From NCBI RefSeq assembly GCF_030144855.1, contig NC_082706.1, positions 148,614,001 to 148,678,000 of the forward strand: a DNA stretch of 64,000 bases, written 5' to 3'. The DNA comes from Hypanus sabinus. Taxonomy: Eukaryota. Of the stretch, positions 1-11,927 are shown in pieces. The notes under the pieces are model-generated. The model did no database searches. It saw nothing but the letters and a program-made list of their open reading frames with translations, and had not been told where the DNA came from. How positions within the stretch are numbered: the first letter of the stretch is position 1; each line of letters starts with the position of its first letter. A program made the translations under genes and the position numbers.

Positions 1-446
1 CCTTGGAGTACAGTTAAGTCAATCAAGCAATGAAAAGAATATGGTATAGCTGGAAATCTGCCTAAAGCAGGCCACCCTCAAAAACTGAGTGACTGTGCAA
101 GAAAGTGGTATTGTAAAGAAGAATAGGGAAAAACTGAAGAGTCCAGATGAGCAAAGCTAGTAGAGACCTATCCACACAGACTCAAGGCTGTAATTGTTGC
201 CAAAGGTACATCTACTTAAATACTGACTTGAAGGGGGTGAGTAACTGTGCAATCAATTACTTTGTGTTTAATAATTGTGATAAATTTAGACCAAATTGTA
301 GAAATTTTTTCACTTTGACCTGTAAGTCTTTTCTGTTGATCAGTGTCAAAAAAGCCAAATTAAACACACTGTGATTCAATGTTGTAAAACAACAAAACAT
401 GAAAACTTCTGGTAGGGGGGGGAGTGATTACTTTTTATAGACACTG
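1..446 (+). mobile_element. Tc1/mariner DNA transposon remnant (internally deleted; right end present, left end outside window)
   Basis: Degenerate Tc1 N-terminal peptide (PWSTVKSI..EYGIAGNLPKAGHPQKLS) is joined directly to the C-terminal peptide (AKLVETYPHRLKAVIVAKG). It ends in ...CACTG (442-446) followed by TA. Confidence 0.85.
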
Positions 447-3400
447 TACTATAATAGATACTGCCACTGGTCAGATACTGACACTGAGTAAGTTAGGGTT
501 TAAACTAGGATGGGATCTGAACTATGTATTGGCATCACCACAATGGATCACACTATCTTTCTCTCATTAGGAGAAGTGCTTTAGCTAAATCCATTGAGGT
601 CAATGGAGAGTGAAGGCAGATTGCAGCTGGCCTCAACTATCTGTACAATTGGGACTTTTTTTTAATGCTTTTCTTTTGTGGTCTCATTTCCTAGTAGATT
701 CATCACAGCTGGGCTTTTATGATCCCTAAATTTTTGAAAATAATGCCAGAAAAGCTTTTCTGTCTTGTATCATTATGCAATTACTAACATCAATTTCACC
801 AAACCACAATTTGTGTAGAATATAGATATTTTACTTTTTTTTGGTGAGAGGAGCCTTGTTTGTGCTGTAGTTATGGTCTCTTGAATTTCCATTTCTGTGA
901 TCAAACTTGTTTTAAAACTGACAATATTTTTGGAAACCTGTTATTCAATGAGTTCAATTATTTGAAATTTATAGCTGAAGATATTACACTTTAGATTTCC
1001 AAAGGACTATATTAGAATAATTAAGAAAGACATAACCTAATTCCAGATTGCAAAAAACTACAACAGTGATCTTGTCAGGTCCATATGAAAATGTGTAAAC
1101 TTTGCCTAATGGCTTGCGATAACATCTAATACAGTTGTATGGTGAATAGCACATGACACAGTGCTGGAAGATTTAGATTCTAATATAGGATACCAAACAT
1201 AGTTTTATTTGCTTCAGTGTTTAAAGGGTCCAATAGTAGTGCAGTATGAAACATCTGAAGCTTATGAGTTAACAGTATTTCAGTTGGTATTCCTAAAAAG
1301 AACCAATTTCATTCACAGAGTAGATGGACCTCTTTAAGGTAAACATTTAACTCCATTTTAAATACTATCTGACTGGACAATTCATAAATACTTTAATAGA
1401 TTGTTTAATTAATTTAATAGATTGTTACTGTTTTGTAGGGACACCTGTTTGCAATTAATCAAATAACTGATTGCTTGTCCTTGCTGATATTTATCACCTG
1501 AGTTGCAGCAGTGATTTAAAGTGGAGAATCAAAGTTTATTGCATAAACTGCAGCTAAGTGCTTTTCATTATCATAAAACAGAATACAAGTATTAATCTAT
1601 GAAGGAAGGATTTCTGGCAAAAGTACAACCACAGTTACATCTTGTTGTTATGGATACATTGGGTAGTATTCAATCTCTTGACAGATTTGTGTATATTTCC
1701 ATATTTAAGACCAGCATACTCTTGCCCAGAGTATTTATCTATTTAACATATAAGAGTCCAATTACACTTTGAAATATAGTTGGAATTTAACTCCAGCAGC
1801 TTATTAAAGTAGCTTCCCACTGGTTAACCAAGTAGAGCCATCCTTTCTGTTCGGTCAGTTATCTGTAACTGAATAGGAGAAAAGCCCGCTCATACTGACA
1901 GGTCAATTCCCGATTCCAGCAATGAGCAACATTTACAGGTCAATCAGTAACTCTTAGAAAATTCTTGTGCCATCTGGCTTTGCACTGATCTGCTGAATGT
2001 GTCATTTTTCATTGGAATTCCAACCGAGAATATGCATCGGTCAAACAGGAAATGTTGGCATGCAAACATTGTGGTTAATTTGATGCAATAAACTTGGCTA
2101 AGTTGGATGATGCGGGGCATGTGCTCTGTATTGTGAAGTCTAAATAACCCATAGCCATTAGACAGTACAGGATGCATATGAAATTGGGGATTCCACATGA
2201 TCATGATATCAGCAGCTAGGAATTGGCAATTATACATGGAACATAGAAAAGTACAATGCTGAACTGGTCATTGAAATCTGATCCACAATGTTGTGTTGAT
2301 TTTAATACCAGTTTATACTAAATGTCCTCCTGTTTATCAATCATATCCCTCTATTCCTTTCATAATCATGTGTCTATCCAGAAGTATCTTAAACTCCACC
2401 AAACTGACTGAATTCACTACTACCCCTGGTGACCCATTCCACTTGTGTCCACATGAGAAAAAAACTTGTCCATCACATTGCCGTAAAACCGCCTGCCCAC
2501 AGTCTTTCACACACACGTCATCTGGTGTTGACATTTTTATCCTGGGAAAACATTTTGACTGTTCACATTGTCAAACCTCTCATAATTTGAGAAACCCCTA
2601 TCAGGTCTTCATTCAGCCTTCTATGTTTTAAGGAGAACAATGTGAGTTTGTCCAGCCTGTTCATACCTTGTAATCCAGGCAGTATCCTGGTAAACCTCTT
2701 CTAAACCTTTTCCACAATCACCACATCCTTTCTATAGTGAGGCATTTAGAACTGCACACAATACTACAAGTCTGGTCTGACTAACATTTTACATAGCTGC
2801 AGCATGAATTCCTTACTCCTGTACTCAACACTGGTACCAATGAAAGCAAGCACTACATATGCCTTCTTTACCACCTTGAACATTTACATAACCACTTTCA
2901 GTGAACTGGACTTTGACGCCACAATTCCTCAGTGCTTTAAGGGACCTACCATTAGTAGCAGGCTTTCTCCTTCCATTTGGTCTCCCAAAGTGCAACACCT
3001 CCCATTTGCCAGGATTACACTCCATCTGCCATTTCTCTATCCATCTCTATAGCTGATTTATGTCCCACCGTACCCCATGATAGTCCTCAGCCTCTTTCTC
3101 TGACTGTAGGCACTAAGTCCATCCTTTATCCTTGAGTAGACCTGCATTCACTTTAGTCTCTGTTCCTTAATATGGATATAAGCACCTTGGGATAGTCCTT
3201 GATCACCTGCTTCAGCATTCTCCTGTTGTATTTATATTCTACAAGGACCCACCCTAATTTTTAGCTTCCCAAGCCTTGCATTTGCTTCTATTTCCTTCCT
3301 GACTAAACTTGGGACCTCTTGGCTCAACTAAGCTTCCCTTGCCTTACCATCCTTGTCCTCACTCATTACCAGAATGTGACGATCCTGAACTCTTGAGTAG

Positions 3401-3926
3401 CTGGTCTTTAATCAACTGATATCTGGATTTATCTCAACAGGTGCTCCTAATCAAAACCCATTAGCTCCTGTTTTACCCTGTCATAATTTATCCACCCATA
3501 ATTTAGTACCTATACACAAGATCCAATCCATCTTAAAGCGTAATGAATTGTTGCTGTTCCCAAAATGGTCTGGAATCTGGCCAGACTCATTTCCCAAAAC
3601 AGTCTGTTGTGCTCTCTCCTCCAGTTGGAGTTGATACATACTGTTTTGCTTTTAGAAGAACCACTCTATGCACTGAAGAAAGTCTTTCCTAGTAAACCCT
3701 TTTGTATTGAGAAAATTGCAATCAATACTAGGTAAGTTAAAGGCCACATTATGACAACCCTGTTATTTCTTCACTTTTCCACAATCTGTCTACCTATTTG
3801 TTCTTCCATGTTTTCTTATCTTTTGGCAGGTGGAGGGACTGTCATTAAATCAAATCAACAAAATTGCACCTATCCTTTTCCCACCAATCTCCACCTAAAT
3901 TGCTTCTCTAGTTGAACCCTCTAGCA

Positions 3927-5093
3927 TAGTGGTCGCCAACCCATCATTAGCGATCGACTGGTTGATCTTTGAGACTTTCCCAGTAGATCCCGGGGGGGGG
4001 GGGGGGGGGAAAGAATGAAAACTAAATGCACAAATACTGTTGAGAGATTGTTTCTGGTTTGCAGGGTTTTAGTTCCTTCTTTCTGCCCAGTGCACATGTG
4101 TGTAGCTCCCCTGCACTACAGTGTTATTCATTGGTCCACAATCACCGGGCCATGAGGAAACGTTGAGTCAGTTGCACCTTTCCTCATGCCCTGTCACACC
4201 CACTGTTGAACTTGAACGCACACGAGGTAATCAGTTGCCTAACCGCAATGATACTTCCTCGCGTGGCCGGCAGGAAGTGCCGATGCTACTGGCCCGGAGT
4301 GCGGACAGATGGGCACTGCCTCTAAACCTGTTTAGCACACCAAATGTTCGTGGGGAACCTGGTGCTAAAATATTCACAGACGGGCTCAGGGTTTCACAAG
4401 TATCAGAACAGCTACCTCACTGCGATCTGCTGAAACAAACTTTTGTCGGCCAATAGATCCTACAAAAGGGGCATGTGTGCTCCGTCGCGCTCCTCGCTTG
4501 GTTAGTCACTCCAGACTGCGACTGCCGCGGCCCTGGCATGGGGACCTCTGGCCCTGACCTCGTCCTCTCACCCCACCCACTACCAGCCGCACCTGGCCAA
4601 GGCAGCTGGGTGGGAGGCTGGAGTTTGGGCTGGGAGGCTGACTAATGAGGTGATGAAACCCTCAAAACTGCTTTGGCACCTTGGGTCCAAGCACCCTGTA
4701 CTTGGAGACAAACCCACTGAGTTTTATCAGTAGAAAAAACGTGAGCAAGCGGGACAGAAGCTAAGTGCCAAGAGCCACGAAAACGAAATTGTGGAATAGA
4801 CTAGACATAAGGAACCTGCTTCAAGTATCGCTGTATTCCGGTGGTGTTTAACATTCCCCCCAACCCCTGTTGGCCTGTCCGCAAGAATATTGTCGATATT
4901 AAACCGGTCCGCGGTGCAAAAAAATGTGGGTACCCCTGGTGTTTATGTTATTTCCACTTCCAGGTTGCAGGGTTTTACTTCCGGTCTTTTCTGCCTGGTG
5001 CGAATGCATGTAACTAATCAATCTGGGGTCGATCTCACCTTTCACTAAGGCCGAGGTAGGGAATCTTGGGCTTAAAAAGGTTGATGACTATTA
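3927..5093. mobile_element. Non-autonomous hAT (Charlie/Buster-type) element
   Basis: Imperfect TIRs TAGTGGTCGCCAACC / GGTTGATGACTATTA. A perfect 8-bp TSD CTCTAGCA (3919-3926 and 5094-5101) resembles the NTCTAGAN Charlie target preference. Confidence 0.85.
4643..4770 (+). pseudogene. Charlie/Buster-type hAT transposase N-terminal remnant
   Basis: Reads NEVMKPSKLLWHLGSKHPVLGDKPTEF..RKKREQAGQK, resembling the MKPSKLxRHLETKHP motif of Buster/Charlie (ZBED5/SCAND3-like) transposases. Confidence 0.75.
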
Positions 5094-5669
5094 CTCTAGC
5101 AGGTTCTCTGAATATTGTTCTGACACTTTCCCTTCTCATTAGTGCTACCCCTTTTTTTTATCTTCATCTCTATCACAAAGAAATCCAGGAGCATTGAACA
5201 GCCTCATGCATCATGGTCTCTGTATTGGCAACAGCATCAAAATTCTGTGTACCAGTCCTGGCTCTAAGTTCACCTACCTTATCCATAATATCCCTAGCAT
5301 CAAAAGAAACACATTTTATTCCACCAGACTCAACGTGTGCCTATCTCCTGTTTTCCTGTATTCTTTATTCTTTTAACATGTGTCCCTGTGGGTCACTTCC
5401 ATGGGAGAATAACAGTAGATGAAGCTGCTGATAAAAGTAAAGGGAGCCAAGTCTCCTCTCTGCTCAGTCGAGGAAATTGCACATAAGGGATCATTCAGAA
5501 TGTGGAGGCGATGACAAGGAGCTGCAAGATGGTAGTCATACCTGAGATCCAGAAGGCAGATGTATGTTTCAAAGGGATTCAACTCATCTTGTAAACTCTA
5601 CTTGATCCAAATTGTCCTTGCATCACTATTCTTCCAGAGAAATGGTGTTAGGAGAATTTAGATCAAGTA

Positions 5670-5905
5670 GAGTTTAGCCAAAGAGTGGTGAATCTGTAAT
5701 TCTTTGCTATAGGCAGCTGTGGAGGCCAAGTTTATGTATATTCAAGGCAGATGGTGGTAGATTCTTGATTGGTCAGTGCATGAAGGGATATGGGGAGAAG
5801 ACAGGAGACTGGGCCTGAGAGGAAAATTGGATCAGCCATGATGAAATTGCAAAGCAAACTTAATAGGCCAAGTGGCCTATTTCAGCTCCTATATCTTACG
5901 GTTTT
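5670..5905 (+). mobile_element. CR1 LINE 3' fragment
   Basis: AGAGTGGTGAATCTG...GCTGTGGAGGCCAAG...TCCTATATCTTA resembles the CR1 3' ends at 30768 (minus) and 63230-63465. Confidence 0.8.
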
Positions 5906-7713
5906 CCACTCAAGGATTCAGTCTGGTGAATCTTCACTGCACTCTCCCTATAGTAAGCATTCTTGGGTAAGGAGCTCAAAACTACATATTTTGCTACTCT
6001 AGCAATGTAATAAGACATCTTTGCTTCTGTACTTGGAGCCTCTTGTAATAAAGGCAAACATAGCTTTGGCTTCCCAGTACACTTCCATGTTTTCTTTTAG
6101 TAACTGGTGTGCAAAGACATCCAGTCCATTAACCTTTCCTAATCACTTACCATTTAAATTCTCTACCATTCCAACCAAAATAGATAAATTCTATTTGCTT
6201 GTTCTTCAGATGAGAAATGGTGTAACAGCTGTTTCTGGTTATCCAGGCTATGTACTGTAATTATATTAGTCAAAGTGCTTTCCAGTTATCCAGATATTTG
6301 TGTTAATAGAGTTGAGTCCATTATAAATTGAAAGTATAATGCCTTTTGTGGAAACTTCCACAAAATTTATTAGTGATTGGTTAGAAAATAAGATTAAGAA
6401 GTGTGAAAGAAAATTGAATTTAATCATGAAGGATAATACACAATTGGAGAAATTATGATTACTTAGAATTCTGGAAAAGATTGTTTACACGAGACTGCCA
6501 CCCAATACCAATACTTACAACTGGACTCAATTAAGTAATAATACATTTTGCTATTTCTTTACAGGACAAGTGTGCTACATACAAGGTAGCATTAACTACC
6601 TGAGAAGTAGGTACTGAGCTTCCTCCTTGAACTGCTGCAGATGATGCAGTGAAAAACTTGTCAACGCTGTTCTGAGGAAGTGAGTTCTATAATTTAAACA
6701 GGCAATTGTGGATGGTGATATATTTGCATTTCAGAAAGTGAGATGGAAGGGACCAGAGGTAGTCACTGCAGAGATATTGTTTCATGCCAACAAGAGAGTA
6801 CATTTCAATAACCTGCCAAGGATTCTTCAACAGCAAATCTTCAGCTTGTCAGAAGAGGCAGAAAAATGAAATGATAAAGAACTTCAATATCACATTCTGA
6901 TCAGGCAACAAAATCAATTTATAATTGTCTGTTTAAAAATCACAGAACCCCCTTCCTCAGAACAGTGTTAACAAGTTTTTTTTTCCACCATACCACCTCT
7001 AGAAGTTCAGGAAGGTAGCTCATCAACCACTTCTCAAGGGAACATGTCAATAGCACACCTTCAGAGGGCTGATGTTACACATACAACTAAATGGGTAACA
7101 GTGCCTATGGAAACTTCACTTTTTTTTTTCCCGGAGATGGTGATGGAAATCTGCCATATGATGTAGCCTCAATGGTAGCTATATAGTCATGACAAGGTAA
7201 CAATTCTGATGCTCTGATTAGGGATTGTTAGGTGCTTGTTGGGTTGCACAGATTGGAGAAGTGTGTGAAGAAACTTTCACTTGTTATTTGACGATAACCT
7301 TCACTGACATTGACCAAATTTATGAAATCCGACCATGGAGTCTCTGTCGTTAGAGAGATTTGTCCAGGCATTGACTCTCAGAGTATAGAACAGTACAGGC
7401 TCTCTGGTCCTCAATGCTGGGCTAACCTTTTACCCTAAGATCAATCCTACCCTTCCCTCCCACATAGATCTCCATTTTCTTTCACCCATGTACCTATCCA
7501 ATACTCTCTTAAATGTCTAATGAATCTGCCTCTAACAACAACCCTGACAGGATGTTCCACATTGTTACCACTCTCTGCAAAATGCACCCCTTCATACTTG
7601 CCTTAAAATCAATGTAAAGTTATGCCCCATTGTATTAGCCGTTTCACCTGAGGGGGGGGGGGGAGGGAGTCTCTCGCAGTCCACTCTAAATATGCCTTTT
7701 ATCACCTCTCACC

Positions 7714-9268
7714 CAATGTTCCCTCTAATTTGTAATGACCAGTTTTTACAAAAATCTTATGCTGTGCAATTTTTTTGCCTTGTGACAACATGTGCGGACT
7801 GAATTTTGTATATAGAGGTATTCATTTTGACAGCTAGCTTGTGTTACGAACCCCGTAACTGGGTCACTTACCAGCAAAGATAGAGGTCCATTGAAGTCTG
7901 ATGGTACTATTTTTAACGGTATTTATTGATAAAAATACTCAAAAATATCATCAATGCAAACATACAGATAATATACATCATCAATACTAAATCTAAAAGC
8001 GCAAGTATAATAATAATCAATAAGAAATAGCTCTATCGTTGTCTGGGGATAATGTATTGTCTGATGGAAATATAAAAGTCACTCAAGTTCATTCAAGCTG
8101 CAGCTTTTAGTTGGGGAGAGAGAGATGGATTAAAACTTGCCCATTCCTTTTATGATGTCAATCCTTTGAGAGTCGTTGGGGCTGATTTATTCTTTGTTGT
8201 TAAAGCTGTTCTTCCGTGGCAAGACCCACCAATTTCGAGGCAAATGGAAAAGGACGCACGTGGGCTTTTCCACCGGCTTTCGCTATTACGCTGTTACAGG
8301 AGTTCTAGCATTTCTTCTGGTGCGTCTGAGGGGCTGTTCCCCAGACCCTCTTTTATCCTGACTCACAGGGTCTCAGATGTCACTCAGGGTGGAATGATGC
8401 CATCCCCCAACCAGCCCACAGTGCCTGAGGGCTTCCATGAAGTACAGTATTCAATACACAATTCTGTCTCCAAGAAACAATGACCTGTTCAGTAGCTTGT
8501 ATTGCTGGGGCCAGGACATTCCAAACGTCTCTCTCTCATTTCCTGGGTCTCCTGCCCTGACTTAATAGCGATTTTGCGATTCTCAAAAAGGGGGGGGGGA
8601 ACACAGGCGTAACACTTGACACTGATAGAACTTTGGTCTCCTCTAGGTTTAATAGTTTTCACTCTCATCTTCACTTTCTCAAAGCATATCTAGCAGGCCC
8701 ATAGTGGGTAATGAAGTACATTCTCAGTGGAGCTTTTGCACACCATTCATATGTGATTTGCTTGCTAAATGATGCTTTAAAAAGTCAAGTTTCCAAATAT
8801 CACTCCATTTCTTTCCACTTGTTAATTCTCCAGCAACTATTGTATTGTGACAATACATGCAGGTAACATCATTTTCTGTATTGTACACAAATATTTTTCA
8901 TAGCTGCATGTTTCTGACCTCATGAGCTTTCAGTATAGCAGTTTCTAATGTTTCATAAAGCCACTTAGCATTAAATGGACTAGCAGTTCTTTGGAGCTTC
9001 ATGCCCTTTGCTTCTTTGGAATTTGACATATTAACTCAATTTCTCCAATAAAAACAGTATAAGTAAGCCAGTTCTAAAATCTACAGACAAATCAACACAA
9101 CCTCCATATTGTCAACATCATCCACATCAGAAACCAGAAAAGGACATGATTGTGAAATATACTTAACATCCCAATGAGATAGAGGATGACAACCTTGGGT
9201 GCTGTTTAAATTCCTTTCTGTGCTAGTAGCAAAAGATGTGCACAAGCGCACACCTTGGAGGGAAGCAC
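7714..9268 (-). mobile_element. hAT-family DNA transposon deletion derivative with zinc-finger remnant
   Basis: Left end CAATGTTCCCTCTAA; right end TTGGAGGGAA at 9255-9264 is a partial TIR. The minus strand from ATG at 9029 reads MSNSKEAKG..FNAKWL..*..VTCMYCH..WKLDFLKHHLASKSH (CxxC..HxxSxxH, TTF-type zinc finger-like). TSD not recoverable. Confidence 0.7.
7842..8614 (-). mobile_element. Solo LTR (Gypsy-like, 4-bp TSD)
   Basis: TGTTACG...CGTAACA inverted termini, TSD CTTG on both sides, homologous to 18337-19180. Strand is tentative, based on TTTATT near 7922. Confidence 0.9.
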
Positions 9269-9588
9269 CCTGGTAAATTTCTTCTGCACTTTCTCTAAAG
9301 CTTTCCTCACCTTCCTACATAGAGGGGGCCAGAACTCAACACAATACTCCCTGGGTCTAACCAGAGATTTATAAAGCTGCAACATTACCTCCCAGAGCTT
9401 GAACTCAATCCCCCAACTTTGAAGAACAACACAATATATGCTGAATTCTGCTATTAAACCTGTACCCTGCCTTCATCTTCAAAGCTGTATCAATTCGCCC
9501 TTTTGTGGATTGAACTCCATAGGCTATTTCTCAGCCTAGCTCTGCAACCTATCCATGTCTCATTCTAAACTACAATAATCTTCTACTC

Positions 9589-9668
9589 CAGGGGTTCCCA
9601 ACTGGGGGCCCCACGGACCCCTTAGTTAATAGTAGGGCTCATGGTATAAAAAAGGTTGGAAACCCCTG
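9589..9668. mobile_element. 80-bp hAT/Charlie-type MITE
   Basis: TIRs CAGGGGTTCCCAAC / GTTGGAAACCCCTG; 8-bp TSD TTCTACTC / TTCTACAC (one mismatch). Confidence 0.88.
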
Positions 9669-11514
9669 TTCTACACATTGCATGATAGCACTAACCTTTT
9701 GAGTCATCTGCAAGCTTACTAACTCACCCTTCCACTTCCTCATCCAAGTTATTTATAAAAATCTCAAAAGGTAGGGGTCCCTGAATAATTCTTGTGCAAC
9801 ACTGCTGCTCACTGGTCTCTATCTACACCACCCCCACCCCTCCTGTGCACAAGCCAGTTCTGAATCTATGCATCCAGGTTTCTGAGGGGTCCCACCCCTT
9901 CTGACTCTGAATGTGCCTACTGTGGGCAACTTCATCAAATACCTCACAACAATCCATATACACCACATCTTCTACTCTCCCTTCATCATTTGGTTCATTA
10001 AATTCTTTAAGGAAATGATTAGAATTCTATCTGGATCAAGGGCTTAACTATGCCAATATTTCTCAAACATTTCAACACATCCTTTTTTTTAAACTCGATG
10101 TTCCAGCACAGTAACCTGGTTTATGCTGTTCTCACATTCAAAGTCCCTCTCACTGATAAACACTGAAGCAAAATATTCATTAAGGACTTCCCCTACCTTG
10201 TCTAATTCCGGACAGCATTTTATTTTATCCATGATCAATCTAACCCTCTCTTTATTCATCCTCCTGTCATCACATACATGTAGAATGCCTTGTGGTTGTC
10301 CTTATTTCTACTCACCAAGGCATTCGCATACCCATTCATCTCTCCCAAATTACTTGGGCTTTTTCCTGGTTATCTTAAACTCTTAAGACCCCTGTCTGAT
10401 ATTTGCTTCCTGAACCTTTGTATTCCTCTTGATTAAGTGTTCCATCTCTTTGGTCAACAATGGTTCCTTCACCCTGCCTCAATAGGACAAACCTATACAG
10501 AATGCCTAAACAGCCTCCACACTTTCATTGTGCAATCCCCCAAGTATGGCATGCTCCCAAATTCCCACCTAATAGCATCACAATATATTCTCCCCTAATT
10601 AAATGCTTCCCCATACTGTCTGCTCCTATCCCTGACCAAGGTTATGGTGAAGTTCAGGGAGCTGTTTTCACTCTTTGAAATGTTCACTCACTGAGTGATC
10701 TGATACTGGACCTGGTACATTGGCCATCACCAGATCCAGTATGGCCTCTTCTCTAGTGGCTCCCCTGCATATTTACCAGGAATCCTTCCTGGACACACCT
10801 AACAAATTCCACCCCATCTCAACATTATGAACTCAGGAACTAATTAATATTAGGGATGTTGAAATCACTATTAACAACAACCCTGTTATTTTTCCCCATT
10901 TCCAAATTCAGCTTCCTAATTTGACCCTCAGTGTCTCTGGGGAGGGGGCAGGGGAAAACAATGCTCCCAATTTCTCATTTCCTGTTTCTGATGTCCACGC
11001 AAACTAACTCCATCAACAATCCCTCCACAGTGTCCCCCCTTTCTGCAGCTGTGATATTATCCTTGATTAGCAATGTCACTTGCCCACCACTTTTGCCTCC
11101 CTCCCTGCCCCTTTTGAAACATCCAGCAGCCATTCTTACCCTTGCAACAGCCAAGCTTCTGTAAAGGGCACAATGTCGTAGCTTCATGCACCTATCCATA
11201 CTCCAAGTTCGTTACTCTTGTTCCTCATATTTGTTGCAGTAAAATAGATGCCTTCCAATCCATCCAGCTGATTGCAATTATATCTTGTCTTTTCCTCGCA
11301 GTGTCTCTACATGTTGCATCTACCTTTACATAAATTGCTTCATCCTGACCTATCACTCTGGATCCCAACATGCTGCCAAAGTAGTTTAAACACTTCCTAA
11401 CAGCTCTAGTAAACCTGTCTGTCAGGTTATTTCCTCCCCCCCCCCCCCCCCACCAAAGTTCAGGTGTAACCCACCCCTTCCATACTTGCCTTTCCCCAGG
11501 TATGATATGATACC

Positions 11515-11927
11515 TTACTGCACATGGTCAAGGCAGCAATCCAGAGATTCCAATCCTAATTCCCTGTTTTTCAGCTCCCTGCATTCCCTCTTTTGAACTT
11601 CATCCCTTTTCCTACCCATGTCATTGGTACCAATATGCACCAGGACTTCTGGCTGCCTACCCTTACCTCTTAAAAATGTGTGAACCTGATTTGAGACATC
11701 CCTGACCATGGCAACTGGGAAGCAACATACCATCTTGGAGGCCCTTTCATGTCTACAGAATTCCTTTCTATTCCCTTGACTGTTAAATCCTCTATCACTG
11801 CTGCTCTTCTCTTCTCCAACTTTCCTTTCTGAATCATAAAGCCAGACTCGGTGCCAGAGACTTGTTTTATGTGAGTTTCCCCTGTTAGGTCAAAACATCC
11901 AAAGTGGTATTTTTTGTCTCTTCCCAT
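11515..11927 (-). pseudogene. CR1 ORF1 SGNH/GDSL-esterase-like domain remnant
   Basis: RAAVIEDLTVKG (degenerate GDS block), MVCCFPVAMVRDVS and PEVLVHIGTNDMGRK, frameshifted. Confidence 0.8.

Larger units (their letters stand above)
2238..5200 (-). mobile_element. Degraded CR1 LINE (3' end through endonuclease region), interrupted by hAT element at 3927-5093
   Basis: ORF 2825-3025 MECNPGKWEVLHFGR is CR1 RT C-terminal sequence. Endonuclease remnants lie near 3750 (NNRVVIM), and CR1-like sequence continues after the hAT TSD. Confidence 0.8.

Noticed and set aside
590-608. Small palindromes (TCCATTGA-GG-TCAATGGA; also ~29545-29567) and short tandem duplications (~1392-1426)
   Set aside because: Stems of 8 bp or less and slippage duplications are expected by chance in 64 kb.
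3991-4008. Poly-G/C runs (also ~7652, ~11436, ~14084, ~48025) as functional G-quadruplexes
   Set aside because: All lie inside TEs as homopolymer expansions, and their lengths are also prone to sequencing error.
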